Positions 1 through 7,890 of a stretch of DNA of 64,000 nucleotides are shown piece after piece (the stretch's first letter is position 1; every line of letters starts with the position of its first letter). A program made the position numbers and the translations under genes. Source of the stretch: Leptolyngbyaceae cyanobacterium. Lineage in GTDB: Bacteria; Cyanobacteriota; Cyanobacteriia; Phormidesmidales; Phormidesmidaceae. The stretch is taken from the NCBI GenBank assembly GCA_050331235.1, contig JBHJHA010000015.1, forward strand, positions 39,599-103,598, written 5' to 3'. The notes below the pieces were generated by a model, which worked only from the letters and a program-made list of their open reading frames with translations, had not been told where the DNA came from and made no database searches.

Positions 1-518
1 CCTTTGTCTTCAAACATATCTAGGAGCCGCAGCACACCCAGGGGTAAGCTCTCGCCGTATAACACTTCCTGGCGATTGCCGATGACCGCCTCTGTACTGC
101 CGCCTCCGATGTCAAACACTAAGGCGGTGTCATCCATGAGCGAGATGGAGTTGCGTACAGCCAGAAAAATTAGGCGTGCTTCCTCTTTACCCGAGATAAT
201 CCTAGGCTCAAGCCCCGTCCGTTGGACTAACTCCGCTAAGAAGGCGTCACCGTTTTGAGCTTCGCGGATAGCGCTCGTAGCGGCGGTAATGACATCATCA
301 ACGCCAACTTGCTCAGCCAATTGCACGTAGCGATGAATGGTTTCGATGCCCGTTTGGAAGGCGCGATCGCTCAGCCGGTTGGTGGCAAAGACTCCAGCCC
401 CCAGCTTGATCATGGCCTTTTCGCGCTCGATCACCTTAAAGTTGCGCTGCGAAACGGCCTCCACGATGATCATGTGAATGGAGTTGGTGCCGATGTCGAT
501 CGCGGCCAGTTTCATCAT
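1..518 (-). CDS. ppx: Ppx/GppA family exopolyphosphatase (N-terminal part; runs off the window edge)
   Basis: Hand translation from ATG at 518: MMKLAAIDIGTNSIHMII...ATSAIREAQNG...IISGKEEARL...FDIGGGSTE...SLPLGVLRL, all hallmark Ppx/GppA (ASKHA) motifs. Absent from the ORF track because there is no stop in the window. Confidence 0.93.
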   Translation of the reverse strand, partial: MMKLAAIDIGTNSIHMIIVEAVSQRNFKVIEREKAMIKLGAGVFATNRLSDRAFQTGIETIHRYVQLAEQVGVDDVITAATSAIREAQNGDAFLAELVQRTGLEPRIISGKEEARLIFLAVRNSISLMDDTALVFDIGGGSTEAVIGNRQEVLYGESLPLGVLRLLDMFEDK

Positions 519-554
519 GGCTACTGTTCCCAGGGTTGAGTCTGCTAGGGCGGC

Positions 555-968
555 TTAGCGCTGCCAAATCCAGCCTACCAAGATCCCTAGAAAAGCTACC
601 GAGCCTAAAACTGCCAGAACAATGGAAACAACGAAAGAAGGTGAGCGGCGAGCCACGTAAATCAGATCGTTTCGCTGAATGCGCTGAAGCTGTTGCCGAT
701 GATCAAAAGCTGCGGCCAACATGGCAAAAGTGCCTAGGGCAATGAACGAAAGTCCGAGAATTCGACTCAGGCGAATCGGATTGCCGACACCCCCCAGGTT
801 TTGCTCTAAGACGGCTACGATGCGATCAATCCCTACGCCAAAGCTGATGAGGGACAGGCTTGTGCGAATCCAGGCCATCAACGTTCGTTCTTCGGCGGCG
901 CGGTTGCGTTCCTTCGCCAGCTCGGTGGCCGGATTAGGCGAGTTGGCGGGCTGGTTAGAGCTAGTCAT
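555..968 (-). CDS. DUF202 (YidH/Vtc1-like) small membrane protein
   Basis: ELAKERNRAAEERTLMAWIRTSLSLISFG motif followed by 3 hydrophobic helices. Confidence 0.88.
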   Translation of the reverse strand: MTSSNQPANSPNPATELAKERNRAAEERTLMAWIRTSLSLISFGVGIDRIVAVLEQNLGGVGNPIRLSRILGLSFIALGTFAMLAAAFDHRQQLQRIQRNDLIYVARRSPSFVVSIVLAVLGSVAFLGILVGWIWQR

Positions 969-1065
969 GCGTTTCTCTTCGACTCAACGGTAGGGCAAAA
1001 ACATCGCGATCACAAAAGCAAATTTTCAGGCAAATCACCTTAGAATAAGGCGCAAGTCTAAAACC

Positions 1066-1515
1066 ATGACGTTTGGCCAAAGTCATTTTGGAACTCCATC
1101 AGCCATGACTCCTCTCCAACCAGAACGGATTACCGGCCCCAATAACGAACTCGCCAAGGAACGCAATCGCGCCGCGGCGGAGCGGACCATGACCGCCTGG
1201 ATCCAAAATTGCTTAACTTTAATTGGCTTCGGTATTGCTGTGGACCAAATCAACCAGGCCCTCGATGCGCGATCAGCGGCCACACTGGTTGCCACAGGAC
1301 CCAGTGTGGCGCCGCTGATCGCGATTGGCTTTGTGGGCTTTGGAATGGCTTTATTGGTCATGGCTTGGCTGCAATATCGGTTAGAGATTCGCTCCATTGA
1401 ACGGGCAGATTATGTGCTGCTCTCGGTTAGTCAGCTAAATCAGATTGTCGGGTGGGCCATTGTTCTGTTTGGCGTTTTATCGGGCATTGCCTTGATTATC
1501 TTTGCTAGGGGCTAG
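1066..1515 (+). CDS. DUF202 (YidH/Vtc1-like) small membrane protein, inverted orientation
   Basis: ELAKERNRAAAERTMTAWIQNCLTLIGFG plus 3 TM segments; start could be 1105. Confidence 0.85.
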   Translation: MTFGQSHFGTPSAMTPLQPERITGPNNELAKERNRAAAERTMTAWIQNCLTLIGFGIAVDQINQALDARSAATLVATGPSVAPLIAIGFVGFGMALLVMAWLQYRLEIRSIERADYVLLSVSQLNQIVGWAIVLFGVLSGIALIIFARG

Positions 1516-1528
1516 GGCGGCGACCGGT

Positions 1529-1933
1529 TTAAGTTACTAACCGAAAGGTGATGAGCGCCACAATTACCAAGGCAATGACAAACAGTGCGATGGCTACTGT
1601 TTCCCCCAGGGGATAGCGCGGTGTGAACGCATAGTCTGACTGATTGAGGCGATGCAGTTCACCGCGGTAGTCGATGGCGGCGATGACCAATGCATAAACG
1701 CCTAAGCCAATCAGCACTAATCCTAAAATATGGGCAAATCGACTCGGATTAATCGCATCCCCAATGCTTTGGTACAGCAAACTCACCGTTTGATCAATCC
1801 CAAATCCGATGCCAATCAGGGTTAAGCTGGTGCGAATCCACGCCAAAAGGCTGCGATCGGCCGCAATACGGTTCCGCTCTTTAGCGAGTTCAAATTGCGT
1901 ATTGGGGGAGGGAGATGAGTCAGGGGAGGACAT
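1529..1933 (-). CDS. DUF202 (YidH/Vtc1-like) small membrane protein
   Basis: ELAKERNRIAADRSLLAWIRTSLTLIGIG plus 3 TM segments. Confidence 0.88.
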   Translation of the reverse strand: MSSPDSSPSPNTQFELAKERNRIAADRSLLAWIRTSLTLIGIGFGIDQTVSLLYQSIGDAINPSRFAHILGLVLIGLGVYALVIAAIDYRGELHRLNQSDYAFTPRYPLGETVAIALFVIALVIVALITFRLVT

Positions 1934-1955
1934 CGCGATTTTATATGCAGGTTAA

Positions 1956-3425
1956 TTAGGTTGGAGTCGTAGCGGGCGTCGCCGTCGCCGCCGCCTGACT
2001 GGACTGCTGTTTGAGCTGTAGTTTGACCCAGGCGTTGTAGGGGGTGGCCACCACCGCTCCCACAATTAGATAAGTCACGATGGAGGGCACCGCTGCCGGC
2101 TGCTGGTTGGCGATCGCAATAAACAACGCTAACCCCGCATTACGAGCGATCGTCGCCGTAGCCACGGCGGCTCGGTCTTCGAGGTTGGGACCGCCGAGCA
2201 CATGACCGATGGCGAGACCAATCGCCACCACCCCGGCAAACGCAATGAGCGTCTTCAGGCTAAATTGAGGCACTAAGTTGATGCTGATGGCTACCAAAAA
2301 GAAGGCCAAGACCAAAAACATTGTGTTGGCTACAGTGATCATCAGCGTGGCAATTTCATCGGCAAAGTCAGCCGAGACCCGCCGGATCAAAATGCCGATG
2401 CCAAGGGGGAGCAACTGCACCGTGGCGATTTGCTTGGCCACCGTCAAAAATGGAATCTGCTCCTCGGCTTGGGGAAAGAGCAGCGCAAACGCTGCTAACA
2501 AGAGGGGGGTAATTACCACGGCCGATGTGGCCAGTAAAATTTGTAGGGCCGCGGCGGTGTTGACGCTGCCCCCCGCCATGTTGACCCGCTTAGTCAGCAG
2601 GGGAGCCGCCGGAGCCGCCGCAAGAATGACTAACGCGATGCTGGAGCGCGGCGATAGCTGAAACAGCCACAGGGAAATCGCAGCTGCCAGCGGAAACAAC
2701 ACCAGCACCGCCACGAGCGATCGCGCCAACAAATTGGGCTGTTGGAATAGGGCCAACAGGCGCTGGGGAGCAACGGCCACGCCAATCGCCAACATAATGA
2801 TGAAGACCACTAGCCCCGCCAAACTCTGGATCAACGGGCTGGTCACTGAGAAAATTTCGCCTAGCTTGATTTCCCCGGAAATAAGGGGCACAAACGCCGC
2901 TAATCCGATAAACAGCAGCACCACCCCCACTGTGAAGCCCAGGGATCCCCCAGGGGAATATTTATATTCCCGGGCTTCGATGCTGCGCAGGGTCGTCCAA
3001 TGGCTGATTAACGCCCCCACCAAAGCCACAATGCCCAAGCCGATGAGACTCAGCCCCAGCAAGCGCTCTTCTGACAGCTGATTGATGCCTGTGGGGGCCC
3101 CGGTTTTGTCCACGTACTTGAAAAATCGGTCAATGCCAAAGCCAAAGCTAATCAGCGATAGCGATGTGCGAATCCAGGCCATAAGGGTTCGTTCTTCGGC
3201 GGCGCGGGTGCGCTCGCGGGCAAGCTCAGTACGAATCTCGGCTAGGTCGGTGCGCTGTTCAGCCAGCCCCGTGCGATTGGTTGACATTGCTGTGCGCTGC
3301 TTGGCCAGGTCGGTGCGATCGCTGGCGAGGTGGGTTCTCACCATCGCCAGTTCCGTGTTGCTCATCCCCTCATAGGGGGAAGCCGGCGTCTCGTCAGAAT
3401 TAGCGGGGGGATTGGTGGCAGTCAT
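1956..3425 (-). CDS. DUF202 domain fused to bile acid:Na+ symporter (BASS/SBF) domain
   Basis: N-terminal RT heptad repeats and ERTLMAWIRTSL; C-terminal multi-TM domain with LAAAPAAP, QLLPLGIGILIRR, GHVLGG and ARNAGLAL motifs typical of BASS. Confidence 0.82.
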   Translation of the reverse strand: MTATNPPANSDETPASPYEGMSNTELAMVRTHLASDRTDLAKQRTAMSTNRTGLAEQRTDLAEIRTELARERTRAAEERTLMAWIRTSLSLISFGFGIDRFFKYVDKTGAPTGINQLSEERLLGLSLIGLGIVALVGALISHWTTLRSIEAREYKYSPGGSLGFTVGVVLLFIGLAAFVPLISGEIKLGEIFSVTSPLIQSLAGLVVFIIMLAIGVAVAPQRLLALFQQPNLLARSLVAVLVLFPLAAAISLWLFQLSPRSSIALVILAAAPAAPLLTKRVNMAGGSVNTAAALQILLATSAVVITPLLLAAFALLFPQAEEQIPFLTVAKQIATVQLLPLGIGILIRRVSADFADEIATLMITVANTMFLVLAFFLVAISINLVPQFSLKTLIAFAGVVAIGLAIGHVLGGPNLEDRAAVATATIARNAGLALFIAIANQQPAAVPSIVTYLIVGAVVATPYNAWVKLQLKQQSSQAAATATPATTPT

Positions 3426-3495
3426 AGCTCAGGGTGGAGAAAAGGACCAAGTTCAGCGATGTGATGCAATCGAATGACGGACCCATCAAAGGGTG

Positions 3496-4512
3496 TTAAC
3501 TCGAGACTGGCGCAATCAACCGAAAGCCAATATGGGTTGTTCCCGTGTCGGGGGCTTGGGATTCTCGGGCGGCTGGTCGGTAACGGCTGCAATAGTTTTT
3601 AGCGCAAAGATAGGACCCCCCCTTAATCACGTGTACGGCCCCGTCCGCTGGCTTTTTGGGGTCGTAGCTAATGGCCCGATCCGGGCCCGTGGGGTCGGTC
3701 TTGTTGGCTTTGCCGGTGTGCTTGACGGTAAACCAATCGGTGGTCAGCTCCCACACGTTGCCCGTCATGTCGTAAAGGCCATAGCCATTGGGCGGGTAAG
3801 ACATCACGGGAGCTGTCCCTAAGTAGCGATCTGCTTGGGTATTGAAAAAGGGGAACAGCCCCTGCCAAGTGTTGGCGCGGTCTGCCCGGTATTGCTCTCC
3901 CCAGGTATAGGTTTGCCCTGCTTGCCCGCCGCGGGCTGCATATTCCCATTGGGCTTCGGTGGGGAGCGATCGCCCCAGCCAGTCGGCGTAGGCCACGGCA
4001 TCTTCATAGGCAATGTGCACCACGGGGTGATCGGCCTTGCCCTCAAGGGTGCTGTCAGGCCCAAAAGGGTGTTGCCAGTCGGCACCGGGGGTCCAGTGCC
4101 ACCAGCTTAAGTAGGCCACCTGCTCAATGCCTGCCGCCGGTGGTTCAAAAACTAGTGAGCCCGGGATCCTTTGGGCGTCTGGCAAATCGGGAAACTGAGC
4201 TTTGGAGAGCGGTCGTTCGGCCACGGTAGTGTAGCCTGTCGCGGAGACAAAGGCGGCAAAGTCAGCGTTAGTGACCTCATGAGTTGCCATGCAAAAGCTG
4301 CTGACAGTGACATTGGCAGCGGTTTCTTCTTCCACAAAATCGGGATTGTCAGACCCCATGGTAAAGGTGCCCCCCGGAATCAACGCCATGCCATCGGGAC
4401 AGTGGAGCGCAGTCGGGGCCGCGATCGCAGGCGCTACCAACCCCAGCCAGAGACTCAGACATCCCCCTAGGAATAACCATTGGCATTGATCAAAAGCACG
4501 TTTCAAAGTCAC
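3496..4512 (-). CDS. Formylglycine-generating enzyme (sulfatase-modifying factor) with N-terminal signal peptide
   Basis: HPVVHI, LPTEAQWEYAARGG, NGYGLYDMTGNVWE, KGGSYLCAKNYCSRYRPAAR (both catalytic Cys), HIGFR. Confidence 0.92.
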   Translation of the reverse strand: MTLKRAFDQCQWLFLGGCLSLWLGLVAPAIAAPTALHCPDGMALIPGGTFTMGSDNPDFVEEETAANVTVSSFCMATHEVTNADFAAFVSATGYTTVAERPLSKAQFPDLPDAQRIPGSLVFEPPAAGIEQVAYLSWWHWTPGADWQHPFGPDSTLEGKADHPVVHIAYEDAVAYADWLGRSLPTEAQWEYAARGGQAGQTYTWGEQYRADRANTWQGLFPFFNTQADRYLGTAPVMSYPPNGYGLYDMTGNVWELTTDWFTVKHTGKANKTDPTGPDRAISYDPKKPADGAVHVIKGGSYLCAKNYCSRYRPAARESQAPDTGTTHIGFRLIAPVSS

Positions 4513-4656
4513 TGATATCTACCTGGGCGTCCGACCGACCTGACTAGGTTGGAATCTTAGAAGAGTGACGTTAAGAGTTCACTAAGCTGCTGCTCCGATG
4601 GCTGTGTCACGGGCGGGGGCAATTCAAGCATGAGCCCAGCCAGCGGCGCTCAAGGT

Positions 4657-5622
4657 TTAGCGACGGCGCTTTAGGGTTTGTCGGGGCGTCTCGTCAAACA
4701 TCGCTGCATAGGCTTTGGCAAAGTGGCCGAGGCTGTGAAAGCCCCACAGGTGTGCAATATTTGTCACCGTCTCATAGTGCGGATCACCCCGTAATAAAGC
4801 ATTGCGGACCCCATTAAGTCGTTGGTATTTGAGATAAGTCATGGGGCCCATGCCAAAAATTTCTTGAAAGCCATAGCTGAGCGATCGCCGACTAGCGCAG
4901 ACCGCATCACTCAGGTCAGCCAAGGTAATGGGGCGATGCAGATTACTTCGCATGTAGTCTCTAGCAGATTCGATGATTTCGGCTCGACGTAAAGGCTTCA
5001 GGCATTTCGCTGAGGTTGATGTGTGTAGCGTATCCATGAGCAAGGGCAGCAAATCACCCCGAATTAGCCCCGTGGTTTCTGGCGACTGGGCATAGTGGGG
5101 CTGATGGTGCAACACAGCGACTAACTGCTGTAAATACTGGCGATAACCAATCATGGGATCGGTATTCAGCTCAACGATATTACGTCGCAGAAAGGCTGTA
5201 TCTAGCCCATCTTGACCCCTTCGCTCGATCAGACTGTGAAATAGAGTCTGATTAACCTGCACAACGACCAGTTCAAATCCTTGCTCGGCGGTGGCCACAT
5301 TGGTCTCGCGCTGTAGGTCAAAGCCAAAAATGCAGTTGGTCGATATCGGTGTCGCGTGGGCATGGTGTGAGCGGTGGTCTGGACCTAAGAAGGTGGCAAA
5401 GGGTAAGACCTCATTGGGTTTTTGACCCATAATCTCGACTCTACTGTTGAACTTAAGCCATAGGACTGAGCATTGCCGCAAATCAAACCGCATGACCTGC
5501 GCCGCAAAATTGTTCGGCTCAAGTTGCGTAAACACTAGTCCCCATTCTCGAAATGCCGCCGCACATTGATCAGCGTCGTGAAAGTCGAAGCTTTGCAAGG
5601 GGCTGTTCGAATGCATTGACAT
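4657..5622 (-). CDS. AraC family transcriptional regulator
   Basis: C-terminal double HTH: ITLADLSDAVCASRRSL...IAHLWGFHSLGHFAKAYAAMFDETPRQTL. Confidence 0.9.
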   Translation of the reverse strand: MSMHSNSPLQSFDFHDADQCAAAFREWGLVFTQLEPNNFAAQVMRFDLRQCSVLWLKFNSRVEIMGQKPNEVLPFATFLGPDHRSHHAHATPISTNCIFGFDLQRETNVATAEQGFELVVVQVNQTLFHSLIERRGQDGLDTAFLRRNIVELNTDPMIGYRQYLQQLVAVLHHQPHYAQSPETTGLIRGDLLPLLMDTLHTSTSAKCLKPLRRAEIIESARDYMRSNLHRPITLADLSDAVCASRRSLSYGFQEIFGMGPMTYLKYQRLNGVRNALLRGDPHYETVTNIAHLWGFHSLGHFAKAYAAMFDETPRQTLKRRR

Positions 5623-6035
5623 GCTCAGAAATTGCTCGGTGCGATGAACTGTAGGCTATCTTGTCCCAGACTTTCAACCGGATAAACAGATTCAGTTGGT
5701 CCGCGGCTCCACCTGAAGATAGGCTTCAGCAATATTGCACAAATCGTATATTGCCAAATCTAGCTAGACGCTGATAGCGATTCTAAAGCAGAGGCCCATG
5801 AGCGCAAAAACCCATTCTCAAGTTAGCCCCTGATTTTCGTTACATATTGATACACCCCGCAGTTCACTGATATTTGGCTGACTTCTACGTTCTTTTGCTA
5901 TGCGCAGCTCGCTTCCTCGCGTTCTTTAATCGCAGCTTAAAAGAGTCGCTTTAGCTTGAGAGCTTGAGATTGCCATATCTAGAAGACCTGGATTTTGGCT
6001 CTATCAAAATCCGTTGTTACACATGTGAAACGTTT

Positions 6036-7709
6036 ATGCTGCAGAGTTTTCATCATCCGAATCAGCTTCGGACCTGGTTGAAAAGGTCAGCTGCGATCGC
6101 CCTCACGGCTACCTTTCTCTTCGTGGGAAATTTGTCTTGGAGCAGTCCTGCGATCGCCGCGACGTATTCGTCCTATGGCGAGGCCAAAGCCGCGACCACC
6201 AGCACCTCTGAAAAACCCAATATCATCGTGATTTGGGGTGACGACATCGGGCAAAGTGACATCAGTGCCTATACAAAAGGTCTGATGGGCTTCCGGACTC
6301 CCAACATTGACCGCGTTGCTGATGAGGGGATGATCTTTACCGACTATTATGCAGAGCAGAGCTGTACAGCTGGTCGGTCAGCTTTCATTACTGGCCAGAC
6401 TGTATTTCGCACGGGCTTGAGCAAGGTCGGTCTCCCCGGCGCAGACTTGGGGCTCAGGGCCGAAGATCCCACCATTGCCGAACTGTTGAAAGAACAGGGC
6501 TACAACACCGCCCAGTTTGGTAAAAACCACTTGGGTGATAAGGATGAGTTTTTGCCGACAGCCCACGGCTTTGATGAGTTCTACGGCAACCTTTATCACT
6601 TAAACGCCGAAGAAGAGCCGGAACTACGGGACTATCCGCCTGCTGATCGATTCCCCAACTTTAAGAAAAAGTACGGCCCCCGGGGCGTGCTGCATAGCTT
6701 TGCCAAAGCGAATGGTAGTCAGGAAATCGAAGATACCGGCCCGCTCACCAAAAAGCGCATGGAAACTATCGACGACGATATTGCTGATCGCTCGGTGGAA
6801 TACATCAAACAACAAGCCTCGACAGGCGAGCCCTTCTTCCTGTGGACCAACTTTACCCACATGCACTTCCGCACTCACACTAAGCCCGAAAGCTTGGGGC
6901 AATCTGGTCTCTGGCAGTCTTTCTACCATGACACCATGATTGACCACGACAAAAACGTGGGTCAGGTGTTGGATGCGATTGATGAAGCCGGCATTGCTGA
7001 TAACACCATCGTGATTTACAGCACCGATAACGGCCCCCACATGAACTCTTGGCCGGATGCGGCAATGACCCCCTTCCGTAGTGAGAAGGATACGGGTTGG
7101 GAAGGCGCTTTCCGGGTGCCGGCGATGGTGCGCTGGCCGGGACACATCGAGGCTGGCAGTGTCTCTAACGGCATTGTCTCTCACCTTGACTGGATGCCGA
7201 CCTTTCTGGCGGCAGCAGGGGTTCCCGATGTGAAGGAAAAATTGCTGAATGGCTACAAAGCTGATGGCAAGCGCTTTAAGGTGCATCTGGATGGGTACAA
7301 CGTTCTGCCCTATCTAACCGGCGAAGAGAAAGAATCTCCCCGAGAATCGATCTTCTACTTCTCGGATGACGGCGATCTACTGGCCCTGCGGTATGACAAC
7401 TGGAAGATGCATTTTGCGCAGCAGCGGACCCCTGGCACTCTGGATATTTGGGCAGAGCCCTTTACTGAGCTCCGGGTACCTTTCATCTACAACCTGCGGA
7501 CGGATCCCTACGAGAAAGCTAGCATCACATCCAACACCTACTTTGATTGGATGATTGATCACGTTTACCTGTTGACTCCGGCGCAGCAATATGTGGGTGA
7601 ATTCCTGGAAACCTTCAAGGAATATCCGCCGCGCCAGAAAGCTGCTAGTTTCTCCGTTGATCAGGTCCTAGAGAAGCTCGAAAACGGTGCAGTTGGCGCT
7701 GCCTCGTAG
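6036..7709 (+). CDS. Exported Cys-type arylsulfatase
   Basis: KPNIIVIWGDDIG, SCTAGRSAFITG (CxxxR formylglycine motif), GKNHLG, STDNG; N-terminal signal peptide ending AIA; ATG at 6036 preferred. Confidence 0.92.
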   Translation: MLQSFHHPNQLRTWLKRSAAIALTATFLFVGNLSWSSPAIAATYSSYGEAKAATTSTSEKPNIIVIWGDDIGQSDISAYTKGLMGFRTPNIDRVADEGMIFTDYYAEQSCTAGRSAFITGQTVFRTGLSKVGLPGADLGLRAEDPTIAELLKEQGYNTAQFGKNHLGDKDEFLPTAHGFDEFYGNLYHLNAEEEPELRDYPPADRFPNFKKKYGPRGVLHSFAKANGSQEIEDTGPLTKKRMETIDDDIADRSVEYIKQQASTGEPFFLWTNFTHMHFRTHTKPESLGQSGLWQSFYHDTMIDHDKNVGQVLDAIDEAGIADNTIVIYSTDNGPHMNSWPDAAMTPFRSEKDTGWEGAFRVPAMVRWPGHIEAGSVSNGIVSHLDWMPTFLAAAGVPDVKEKLLNGYKADGKRFKVHLDGYNVLPYLTGEEKESPRESIFYFSDDGDLLALRYDNWKMHFAQQRTPGTLDIWAEPFTELRVPFIYNLRTDPYEKASITSNTYFDWMIDHVYLLTPAQQYVGEFLETFKEYPPRQKAASFSVDQVLEKLENGAVGAAS

Positions 7710-7791
7710 GACGGGCGAGATTCTGGGCTATTCTGGCCACTGTTTTTCCAACAGTAGTCGATAGGAACGGCCCAAACCCTCCATATTGCCT

Positions 7792-7824
7792 GGGGTAGAG
7801 ACGAAAGTTGTCTCTACCCCTTTT
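7792..7824 (+). terminator. Intrinsic terminator after sulfatase
   Basis: GGGGTAGAGAC-gaaagtt-GTCTCTACCCC followed by TTTT. Confidence 0.7.
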
Positions 7825-7890
7825 GTCACATAGGGTCAATTTCTTTTGGCTTTTGGACTCGCTTTGACTGACGATTAATTGCTGGTTTGA

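Noticed and set aside
4..745. Plus-strand ORFs 4..258, 255..539 and 536..745
   Set aside because: Antisense shadows of the minus-strand ppx and DUF202 genes
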